From a virus: 64,000 bases of DNA. The stretch covers positions 19,142 to 83,141 of the IMG/VR virus record IMGVR_UViG_3300048066_000291. One strand, 5' to 3'. Position numbers and translations under genes: made by a program. Below the pieces are notes generated by a model. It searched no databases. It saw only the letters and a list, made by a program, of their open reading frames with translations, and was not told where the DNA came from. The stretch's first letter is position 1. The number at the start of each line of letters is the position of its first letter. Shown one piece after another: positions 56,351 to 64,000 of the stretch.

Positions 56351-57638
56351 AAGAAACCTTTAGAAGTACTGTATCTAGATTACATCTGCCATTAAGTTTT
56401 GTGTCTGTAGTGTTGATGTCTTCTAAAAACTTACGTAATGCAACTTTGCCTGCACCTTTAAATTCTTTTAATTGTTCATCTGGTTTACGCAGAGTTTTTT
56501 GTACACTAAGTTTTTCATCAAAGCCAATGATAGTTGTGCCTTTAACGCTTAGACCTGTTCCTTCTCGTCCTAGTCCTTTAGGATCAATACTGCTCGCAAT
56601 GTACCTGCCTAGCTTACGTGTTTTAACATTGAACACCCAAAGTTCGTTTGCACCTACAACGTCAATTGGATTGATACTTGCAAGTTTATATTTTTCATCT
56701 ATCTTAAGGAACTTCAACTTACTAATAACTTTGTCAGCACTACGCGGCTTAGCTTTGCGTGGCTTACGTGTTGCTTTAGCTTGATCAATTATAAAGTCTA
56801 GGGCAACCATTAGTTCGCTAATAGCTGTGCGTAGTTTTTTAATATCAGCTTTCTTAACATGTGCATAACCTTCTTTTAGTTGTTCCCACATGTCAGCGTC
56901 ATGCTCAGACATCTTGGCCAACTGTCCTTTAGTAGGCATACGATCAAGGTCATCATAATCTGCTAGTGTATCTTCATAGAACGACTTTAGTTTACGTGCA
57001 TGTGCTTGTGTAACACCTTTTGAACCAAAGTGTCTCTTAAAGTCAAAACCTTTAGGATCAAAACTATTAGGATCTTCTATCCATCCTTCTAACCATATGT
57101 CAATATCTTCAGACTGTTCAACAGCTTGATCACGTATGCGTTCTTGTATACTTGGTACGTATACATTTACCTTTTCTTTTTCTTCTTCCTCTTTTTCTGC
57201 AACTTTATCTTTGCCAGCTTCAATATACTTTTCAATTGATTCTTTAAGGAAGTCTATGCTACACTTCAATTCACCCATTGTACCCGGAAGGGATAACCAA
57301 TGATCTGCTTCTGGTTTTGTTAGTCTAGGAGCACCCATCATATCCATACGTGCTACAATAGCGGCTGTAATACTTAATGCAGAATTAGGTGCTGCCTTAA
57401 CAGCCTTAACATCTTCTTTAGAGTATTCTTCTTTGGTCATCCATTCAGCTACAAAAGCGTACAATTCTGCTGGCTTAAAATTTTCATAATACCAACTGTG
57501 TACAAATCTGCGATATGCATGTATTTTAGCACCAGTCATCTTTTCTAGATCATCCCACTTAGGTTCGGCAAGTTTGCCGCCGCGCTTTAGTCTAGGTGCT
57601 GCTCTTGGTGCTTTCTTTTTAGTTTTTGGCATTGCCAT
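56349..57638 (-). CDS. Conserved-looking hypothetical protein of large T4-like phages
   Basis: 429 aa; L.VKGTT..GF....S.QKTLRKP C-terminal pattern; own sigma70 promoter. Confidence 0.8.
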   Translation of the reverse strand: MAMPKTKKKAPRAAPRLKRGGKLAEPKWDDLEKMTGAKIHAYRRFVHSWYYENFKPAELYAFVAEWMTKEEYSKEDVKAVKAAPNSALSITAAIVARMDMMGAPRLTKPEADHWLSLPGTMGELKCSIDFLKESIEKYIEAGKDKVAEKEEEEKEKVNVYVPSIQERIRDQAVEQSEDIDIWLEGWIEDPNSFDPKGFDFKRHFGSKGVTQAHARKLKSFYEDTLADYDDLDRMPTKGQLAKMSEHDADMWEQLKEGYAHVKKADIKKLRTAISELMVALDFIIDQAKATRKPRKAKPRSADKVISKLKFLKIDEKYKLASINPIDVVGANELWVFNVKTRKLGRYIASSIDPKGLGREGTGLSVKGTTIIGFDEKLSVQKTLRKPDEQLKEFKGAGKVALRKFLEDINTTDTKLNGRCNLDTVLLKVS

Positions 57639-57663
57639 TTGGATTCTCCTAACAATTTATGCT

Positions 57664-57692
57664 AGTATATAGTCATCTTAAATAAAAGTCAA
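57664..57692 (-). promoter_or_regulatory. Sigma70 promoter
   Basis: TTGACT-17-TATACT, intergenic. Confidence 0.75.
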
Positions 57693-57698
57693 CTATTT

Positions 57699-58034
57699 TT
57701 AGCCTTCTTTCTCTAAGTCCCAAACACACTTGTTGTTTTTACGGTTAGGAGCATTTTGTCTTTTAACCCACAAGTGTCCATTCTTTTCTGCATCTTCAAA
57801 TGTAAGTGCAGTAATAAAAAATGCACCAATTACAAGCAAATGCCCACCTACACTACCTATACCAAAGTAAATTGTATAGCCAGCCCAAATTGTAAATACA
57901 ACTGTCCACATCACACTTAGATAAAACATTAAAATAAACTGTGTGAATGCATTAGGTATATGACGTAATGGATTTAATTTAAGATTAAAAAAGAAATTGT
58001 ACAAATCATAAATCCAAAAACCTATCTTCTTCAT
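57699..58034 (-). CDS. 2-TM membrane protein
   Basis: NPLRHIP followed by two hydrophobic helices. Confidence 0.75.
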   Translation of the reverse strand: MKKIGFWIYDLYNFFFNLKLNPLRHIPNAFTQFILMFYLSVMWTVVFTIWAGYTIYFGIGSVGGHLLVIGAFFITALTFEDAEKNGHLWVKRQNAPNRKNNKCVWDLEKEG

Positions 58035-59341
58035 AATTTTTCTCCGGGCACAAAGCCTCTAAAAGTTTTAAAACGTGGAAAACGTAAACTGTATGTTCCG
58101 TCTTGATTTTGTGTAATAGCATCAGCTCTTACTTCTACAAGATTTCCCCTAACACTGTCGCGGTGATCCCAAAAATCATCACGATTAGCATCAGTGAAAC
58201 CGCTACCGACATTAACAGCAATATGTCTGTCATCGTCGACTCCTTCGCAGACAAACGCTCCAAGGCGCCCTTCGTTGCGACCAGTACCTTCTTCAATGTC
58301 AGTTACCTCCAATGTTACTTCAATAAATGGTTTTGCTTTGAGCCAAGCATGTGTACGCTTACACTCATATGGCGCATCAATGTCCTTGATCATTACACCT
58401 TCGTAACCACCGTCTACAGCCGCTTTATTCAACGCTACAAAGCGTTCTTGGCCTTCTTGGGTGTCTAAGTCTACATCTTCCCAATCCAACGCTTGTACGT
58501 GCTGTAAGACGCTTGTGTGCTGTTCTACCCATGCCTTTGTAATTGCACTTCTAAAGCTCTGCGGCTTGTCCCACTCTCCTTTTTGGAAGCAACCTAGTGG
58601 AATAGTATCAAACAAATGCAGTACAGCATCAGTTGTTTGCTTACCGTCTTTGCGATGTACTTGCTTCATAAGGTCTTGGAAGTTAGCACTCATTACTTCA
58701 CCGTCTAATACGAGCGGATAAGGTACAGGATGATCTTTAATTACTGTTTCAATCTCTTCAATAATGTGTCCAAAGTTATGAAACTGTTTGCCGTTGCGAC
58801 TAAACATTTCTACCTTGTCGCCACGTATGATTGTAATTACTCGCACACCGTCAAGTTTGATTTCAATCTGCTTCTTACCAACCATTTTCTTTTCATGTTT
58901 AGCACTGTCATGTGCAAGTGAACAAGTAAATACAGGTACAGTGCCAGGTGCTACTTTGTTAACAGTCTTTTCACTTACGCCACAACGCAAGTCTTTAATA
59001 AGAATGCGTCGGTAAAAACCATTCCACTGTTCAGTAGTGGCAACACTCATAGCTAACTCAATTGCATCACGAGCCGCATGTCCAGTAAGTTCACGATTTT
59101 GTAATTTAGTAGCAAGCTCAACAAAGTTGTCCCATGACAATCCTTGCCCTGTAAGTACATCTGAACGTTCTGGCACTTGCTTTACACCAAATGTAACAAG
59201 CGGATCTAATGCCATACGCATACCTTCAAAGAACTCTGGAAGTCCTTCGTCGTATGCTTGTTGTAACACTGCTTCTTTAGCTAGACGGCTGTTATCCGCT
59301 TCTAGTTGCTCAATTATATCTTGTGGTTGTGTTCTTACCAT
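58031..59341 (-). CDS. lig: ATP-dependent DNA ligase
   Basis: Motif I EIKLDGVR, LDGE, EGVMIK, WLKAK, VGSGF, SLRFPRF. Confidence 0.95.
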   Translation of the reverse strand: MVRTQPQDIIEQLEADNSRLAKEAVLQQAYDEGLPEFFEGMRMALDPLVTFGVKQVPERSDVLTGQGLSWDNFVELATKLQNRELTGHAARDAIELAMSVATTEQWNGFYRRILIKDLRCGVSEKTVNKVAPGTVPVFTCSLAHDSAKHEKKMVGKKQIEIKLDGVRVITIIRGDKVEMFSRNGKQFHNFGHIIEEIETVIKDHPVPYPLVLDGEVMSANFQDLMKQVHRKDGKQTTDAVLHLFDTIPLGCFQKGEWDKPQSFRSAITKAWVEQHTSVLQHVQALDWEDVDLDTQEGQERFVALNKAAVDGGYEGVMIKDIDAPYECKRTHAWLKAKPFIEVTLEVTDIEEGTGRNEGRLGAFVCEGVDDDRHIAVNVGSGFTDANRDDFWDHRDSVRGNLVEVRADAITQNQDGTYSLRFPRFKTFRGFVPGEKL

Positions 59342-59559
59342 TCCATCGCCCCTTCTACTTTATTTAAAATTGCTTTTGAGTGCTTACAGGATCCTCTAAA
59401 TGTAAATCCTGGACAATCACAATCAAACCCTTTGTCGTGTAATTCTACACTGTACTCGTTGCCCTTGCTACCTTCTACAGGCCAAACGAAGCCCACCATC
59501 CAATGGTCCTTAGACTTAAAGGAGGTGGGCTTCAAGTACTTTGCTGTGTACTTGCTCAT
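59335..59559 (-). CDS. SWIM zinc-finger protein
   Basis: CDCPGFTFRGSCKH. Confidence 0.85.
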   Translation of the reverse strand: MSKYTAKYLKPTSFKSKDHWMVGFVWPVEGSKGNEYSVELHDKGFDCDCPGFTFRGSCKHSKAILNKVEGAMEW

Positions 59560-60068
59560 ACTAATTCCTCAACGCTGATTGGCGTAAAGTTAATTTGTTC
59601 AACACAAACACACTTGTAAGGACCTTCTGGTGAAGGATTACTGTGGATGTGTCCGTGTGCGTTCAACATTTGTCCATTCCATCTATGCTTTTCAGCAAGT
59701 GTACTTGTATGCAACGGAGTATGTGTAAAGATTATACCAGGAACACTATCGATCCAAAGTTGTATATCTTTAAAGAACGGTGCAAGGTGCTTTACATTGT
59801 CGTGGTTTCCAAGAACAAGTCTTTTCTTACCAGGCAACTTAGCAAAGTTTGCTTCTAACCACTCAACCTTGTCCATACCAAAAAGAACATCACCGCAGTG
59901 GATAACAGTATCGTTTGGACCAACTGTATCGTTCCAGTTGTCTAACATGCACTCGTTCATTTGCTCTACAGAGTCAAACGTTCTAGGCGGCTTGCCAGCG
60001 TAATCCTTAAAGGTAAGGATTGCTTCGTGGTTAAAGTGTGTATCACTAATAACGAATATATCTGCCAT
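59556..60068 (-). CDS. Calcineurin-like metallophosphoesterase
   Basis: SDTHF, GD, GNHD, H.P, HGHIH. Confidence 0.9.
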   Translation of the reverse strand: MADIFVISDTHFNHEAILTFKDYAGKPPRTFDSVEQMNECMLDNWNDTVGPNDTVIHCGDVLFGMDKVEWLEANFAKLPGKKRLVLGNHDNVKHLAPFFKDIQLWIDSVPGIIFTHTPLHTSTLAEKHRWNGQMLNAHGHIHSNPSPEGPYKCVCVEQINFTPISVEELV

Positions 60069-60104
60069 TGTGTGCCTCTGTGTATTTGCCTAATTAATAT
60101 AACT

Positions 60105-60132
60105 ATTATAGCATATACGCACAGAATGTCAA
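60105..60132 (-). promoter_or_regulatory. Sigma70 promoter with extended -10
   Basis: TTGACA-16-(TGC)TATAAT. Confidence 0.8.
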
Positions 60133-60172
60133 CCATTATGTGTGATGCTAAGTTATTGATTTGATTACAGAT

Positions 60173-61699
60173 TTAAAATTTGTTGATTTTTTTATCAATA
60201 TATTCATGAAGGAATGGGCCTGCAACTAGATTAACTTTGCCTCCCGACTGTGCTTTTGACTGCATCTTTTGTTCTTCTAGCTCTTGATTAGAAAGTTTTG
60301 AATGTGCTATCATTTCTGCATTTCCCATCTGCCAGTTGTCTAGTGCTGTTTTGTGATATAATTCTGCAATAATTTTATCAGATATCTTTTGTGCTTCAAA
60401 CCAGTTCATCGAATCGTGTTCCCAAATAAACTGCTTTTTACTATAGTTGCCTGCTGAAAATGACATCTCGTGATTTATCATTCCATCTACCCAATATGGT
60501 CTTTTTTCTTCAGGCATTTCTCTAAGTCCGTACTTAGTTAAATTTTTACTAAATGCACTTACGTTTGTATATTCTTCTTCGCCGTTACTTAGGTCTTGTA
60601 CATCTAACGGAAACACAACCAAGCCTTCTTCATTCCAATTCTCTAATAACCAATTTCTAGTTCGCTTCCAATTCTTTTTGTTATCATGCGGAAGACCTAC
60701 AATTAAACTTATTGTACCTCTATATAGTCCAGATTGGCTTGTAATACGTTTAGCATCTAATATTGTTTGTTGTACCCTAGCAGGATCCATACCTTTGCCG
60801 ATTGTTCTACCACTGGCTTGATTAAATGTTTCAATGCCGTAATACTGACCACCAAACTTCATACGTGCAAGCTCAGTTATCATTTCTGGTTTTGTTGCCA
60901 TTAGATCAGCTCTAATAAATCCACTGTAAAATGTTTCAAAAGGAAGTTTTTCAACTACGTCTGCAAATTTTGATATTTTACCTAATCGGTCATTGAATGT
61001 TTCATCTGCAACATAGTATCTAGTAACTCCGAACTTGTCAAAGTTATGTTTCATTTCATTATCAAAACTTTCAGCAGTTCTTGATGTATCCTCTTTAACT
61101 CCAAGTATAGGAAAATTACAAAAGTCACATTTAAATTTACAACCTCTAGAGAATTCAATAGTTAACCATTCGTAGTCTTTTACATAATCTCTATCTTCCA
61201 TTATAATACTATAATCTTTGAGATTGTATGCAGGGTATCTATTAAGTGCTTTAATTACTTGCTTCTTGCCAAAGTGTGCTACGTCATATCCAATAGGAGA
61301 ACTAGAAAATCCAGCAAGATTTCTAACTACGTCTAGCATTGCTACTTCGCCATAACTGTCTACAAATATATCAATATTTGGATCATCAATGTGTACACTA
61401 TTCTGTCCACCTAGCACTGTTGTAATATGAGGCCAACGTTTCTTTAACCAAGCAGTTAGGCGTTTCATCTCTTCTGGCCAATAACTAAAGAAAGGACTAA
61501 ACCCAAAAAATAATGTGTCCTTGGTTATACTTTGTCTTATAAATTGATGTAGTTTATCTAAGGGCAAGTGTGGTGTAAAATCTACAACCTCAATATCACA
61601 ATCGTGTTGTCTAAGATAAGTTGCAATACGATGGGCGCCACTACTACGTTGAATAGGGTTTACCCTAGATGAAAAAATTAAACCATGTGTTTTAGACAT
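60173..61699 (-). CDS. Radical SAM enzyme with an N-terminal cobalamin-binding-like domain
   Basis: SRGCKFKCDFC, DETF, GIETF, IVGLP; N-terminal LGG...D.....GE; start set at MSKTHG. Confidence 0.85.
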   Translation of the reverse strand: MSKTHGLIFSSRVNPIQRSSGAHRIATYLRQHDCDIEVVDFTPHLPLDKLHQFIRQSITKDTLFFGFSPFFSYWPEEMKRLTAWLKKRWPHITTVLGGQNSVHIDDPNIDIFVDSYGEVAMLDVVRNLAGFSSSPIGYDVAHFGKKQVIKALNRYPAYNLKDYSIIMEDRDYVKDYEWLTIEFSRGCKFKCDFCNFPILGVKEDTSRTAESFDNEMKHNFDKFGVTRYYVADETFNDRLGKISKFADVVEKLPFETFYSGFIRADLMATKPEMITELARMKFGGQYYGIETFNQASGRTIGKGMDPARVQQTILDAKRITSQSGLYRGTISLIVGLPHDNKKNWKRTRNWLLENWNEEGLVVFPLDVQDLSNGEEEYTNVSAFSKNLTKYGLREMPEEKRPYWVDGMINHEMSFSAGNYSKKQFIWEHDSMNWFEAQKISDKIIAELYHKTALDNWQMGNAEMIAHSKLSNQELEEQKMQSKAQSGGKVNLVAGPFLHEYIDKKINKF

Positions 61700-61700
61700 A

Positions 61701-62291
61701 CTAATAAGCCCAAAGAGCAAACCTAACATCAGGCTGATTTGTTACCCCATGTATTTCACTAAAATTAAAATAATGCCAGCAGTCTTCTTCTAATATATGA
61801 GACTCTGCTTCTTCAATCATTTGCATTGGGATACCTACACTATCGTTTACACCTATTTCTTGGTGTTGTTCTTTAAGTTTATACCATGTTGTTTTTACAG
61901 CTGGACCGCCAGTTTTTAGTATGTATAATAATCCTTCTTTACGGAACGCTGGTGGATCAATATGAGGAGCGGTATGTTTCCCACCTGATACTACCTGCAT
62001 TGCAAACTGTCGGTGAGAAAGAGTTGGAACTGACTTATAGTATTCTTTTAACTTGTCTTCGTATCTTTTAGACATTTCATAAAATCCAACGCTGCCAGTT
62101 GTATCATGATATGCCTTTTCATCCGGTTTTAGTGTTACACCGTATTTTTCAAGTTTATCTTGTATTTGTCCGTAATCGCCGAACTGGTGGGTCATGCTTT
62201 CTTTGTTAAACTTTTTAACAGCATGTTTAACAATTTTAAATTTTAAAGCTAATGGGATTCTAGGGAGTTCGCCTAGTTTTTGATAGTACAT
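61701..62291 (-). CDS. Hypothetical protein, possible double-stranded beta-helix oxygenase
   Basis: PHID...IHGV...R (HxD...H) pattern. Confidence 0.5.
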   Translation of the reverse strand: MYYQKLGELPRIPLALKFKIVKHAVKKFNKESMTHQFGDYGQIQDKLEKYGVTLKPDEKAYHDTTGSVGFYEMSKRYEDKLKEYYKSVPTLSHRQFAMQVVSGGKHTAPHIDPPAFRKEGLLYILKTGGPAVKTTWYKLKEQHQEIGVNDSVGIPMQMIEEAESHILEEDCWHYFNFSEIHGVTNQPDVRFALWAY

Positions 62292-62294
62292 ATG

Positions 62295-62972
62295 TTACCA
62301 CCCTTCAAATGATATTCTTTTCCAAATTTTATCTTCACCGTTATAGTTAGCAACGCAATGATAAAAGTAGTTGTCGTCTATACAGACATCTCCTTTTAAA
62401 TCTTGTTTGTAACCAATTGGATCGTTTATCGTCCTGTGTTCTATATTTAGCGTAGTTGGAAGATAGGTCTTTTTACTATCGAAGCCTAACATCATTTCAT
62501 TGTTGGCAGTAAAGCACAATACTTCTTCAGGAAAATCTTCGTTAGTGCCTACATGAATATTAAAACGATAATCATCATTACTGTCTGTAAATGACAACCA
62601 TTTGTTTACTGCCACTTTGTTGCTGCTTAAATAATCACTATTTTTTAGTATGTCTGATTCAATAATTGATGTAGTTATCATTTCTTCAACATGCAGATGT
62701 AGCGATTCAACATTGCCTGTTGTTACACTGCCTGAAAACAACCCGTCTATTGCTTCTATTTTATTATTAACTTTTATATTTTCTGTTGTTAATTTTAAGG
62801 CTGCTTCGTCCCATGTAAGTTCTACACCAGTATGTGTAATTGCTTGACTGTCATCTTTATAAACTGCAAGAGATCCTTTGACTCCTTGATCAATTTGGTT
62901 AGTGCAATTAATATAAGTGTCGCCTTCTAACCGTGTTATTGTTATTGGAGGTACTCCAATCAGCTTATCCAT
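62295..62972 (-). CDS. Putative virion fibre-related protein
   Basis: C-terminal G...D..GD...D.NY.Y.C......WKR motif typical of fibre ends. Confidence 0.55.
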   Translation of the reverse strand: MDKLIGVPPITITRLEGDTYINCTNQIDQGVKGSLAVYKDDSQAITHTGVELTWDEAALKLTTENIKVNNKIEAIDGLFSGSVTTGNVESLHLHVEEMITTSIIESDILKNSDYLSSNKVAVNKWLSFTDSNDDYRFNIHVGTNEDFPEEVLCFTANNEMMLGFDSKKTYLPTTLNIEHRTINDPIGYKQDLKGDVCIDDNYFYHCVANYNGEDKIWKRISFEGW

Positions 62973-63588
62973 AGTTTACATCCAAATTGTATACGTTACC
63001 TGCTACTGATATTCTACAACCATCTTCAGTAAAAGGATACACTGTATGAAATACATCAGAAGGAAAAATAAACATATCGCCTGTTTTAGGAACCATTTTA
63101 ATTTGTGAGTTATTATTCATAAACTCAATTACGCCACGTACTTGACTATGTTCTGTTTCATACTCGTTTCTAATATTGTCTGGAATATCTACATAAATTA
63201 TATAACTTAATTCAGCAGTGTGTATGTGCATAGGATTAAAATCGTTTGCATACGTGTAGTTTACCCACAGCGGACCTAGCTGTGCTGAAAGTAGTTTTGC
63301 AGATTCATTAATTGAAGTTTTTCTATAATACTCTTTCATTTTACTTACAAGATAGTCCATTATATATTGACCATCCCACTCATCAAAACTTAATTCGTAT
63401 TCATGCTCCATTGTTGCTACTAGTCTTTTGTGTACATTCTTTTCTTCGCCTAGCAACCTAGATGCCTCTGCTGATTGCTTTAACAATTTTAAAACTTTGT
63501 CGTTAACTGACGTTACTAGTATGCTTGGACCAAATGGATGTATAACTTGATCTTGTACTTGTTCTGTTTTAAGAGGACGCTTCTGCAA
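62965..63588 (-). CDS. Putative 2OG-Fe(II) oxygenase
   Basis: PFGP, WVN, FNP.HIH, P..GD.FIFP....H.VYPF, RIS..GN. Confidence 0.85.
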   Translation of the reverse strand: MQKRPLKTEQVQDQVIHPFGPSILVTSVNDKVLKLLKQSAEASRLLGEEKNVHKRLVATMEHEYELSFDEWDGQYIMDYLVSKMKEYYRKTSINESAKLLSAQLGPLWVNYTYANDFNPMHIHTAELSYIIYVDIPDNIRNEYETEHSQVRGVIEFMNNNSQIKMVPKTGDMFIFPSDVFHTVYPFTEDGCRISVAGNVYNLDVNYG

Positions 63589-63976
63589 TTACTTGCTCCT
63601 TTTTTCTTGCCATTATAATTTCATGTATCTTTCTTGCAATCTTTCCTCTTGAAAATGCATCAATATGGAATTGGCTTAGTCCCCACTTATGACTAGCATC
63701 AAGAAAAACTCTATCATTTAATTCTACAATTGGCACTGGTGCTTTATAATGATGTCTAAACTTATTCATAATAATTTTGCACAGTCTTGAGGCATAATTA
63801 TGATCTGTAGGATCATGTGCTATTTTAGTTTGTTTGTAAAATAACAAGTCATCAGGTCCTACATTCATCTTTACTACCCTACAACCATCTGATATTGCAA
63901 GGTCACTAAAATGTGTTTTAACCATAATAACTCTGTCGCCAAATATTTCATAAATGTCTCTTGTAAAATCTTCCAT
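63569..63976 (-). CDS. Hypothetical protein (5' end may lie outside the window)
   Basis: 135-aa ORF at the window edge. Confidence 0.55.
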   Translation of the reverse strand: MEDFTRDIYEIFGDRVIMVKTHFSDLAISDGCRVVKMNVGPDDLLFYKQTKIAHDPTDHNYASRLCKIIMNKFRHHYKAPVPIVELNDRVFLDASHKWGLSQFHIDAFSRGKIARKIHEIIMARKKEQVIAEASS

Positions 63977-64000
63977 AATATCAAATGAAAGTTCTAAAGA

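Noticed and set aside
31365-56784. Long plus-strand ORFs (e.g. 31365-32171, 35105-35809, 55936-56784) and many shorter ones
   Set aside because: They lie antisense to well-supported genes, have no SD or recognisable motifs, and are explained by codon bias of the real strand.
1-64000. CRISPR array, tRNA/rRNA genes, introns/inteins, transposases, diversity-generating retroelement
   Set aside because: There is almost no intergenic space. I saw no regularly spaced repeats, cloverleaf or T-loop signatures, reverse transcriptase or intein motifs, and the repeats found are in-frame coding repeats. This was an eye scan only; tRNAscan and Infernal were not run.
1-64000. Stop-codon reassignment
   Set aside because: Conserved enzymes are full length in the standard code and end in TAA, TAG or TGA, with tight gene packing.

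Overview
This is an AT-rich, gene-dense segment of a large, T4-related (probably jumbo) tailed phage, read in the standard genetic code. Almost every gene is on the minus strand. Spanins and a FdxA-type ferredoxin point to a Gram-negative, probably proteobacterial, host; the gene set suggests an aquatic one. In order along the window: a family B DNA polymerase (runs off the left edge); a cluster of small, charged putative capsid-internal proteins full of prohead-protease-type (L/I/V)xE sites; ClpA and DnaJ; a lysis cassette (GH19 endolysin, overlapping spanins, candidate holins); PhoH; nucleotide metabolism (dCMP deaminase, ThyA, DHFR); ferredoxin, clamp loader, exonuclease, GroES and a truncated DnaE piece; a 21 kb baseplate/tail-fibre block that includes an S8 protease-Ig-cupredoxin protein and a 2926-aa fibre; IscA; two tandem secreted cytochrome c/copper type II monooxygenase fusions; UvsE, glycosyltransferases, QueD, 2OG-Fe(II) oxygenases, ATP-dependent DNA ligase and a B12-binding-type radical SAM enzyme. 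Two promoter classes can be read directly: near-consensus sigma70 (TTGACA-17-TATAAT) and a T4-like late motif (GATAAATA). Several promoters predict leaderless mRNAs, and several lie inside hairpins that would hide the downstream RBS or start codon in read-through RNA. I found no tRNA, rRNA, CRISPR array or mobile element. The most unusual items are the heme-Cu monooxygenase pair, the putative protease-processed capsid cargo cluster, phycobiliprotein-like CxRD repeats in the giant fibre, and the protease-cupredoxin virion protein. All family calls come from motif recognition by eye, not database searches.
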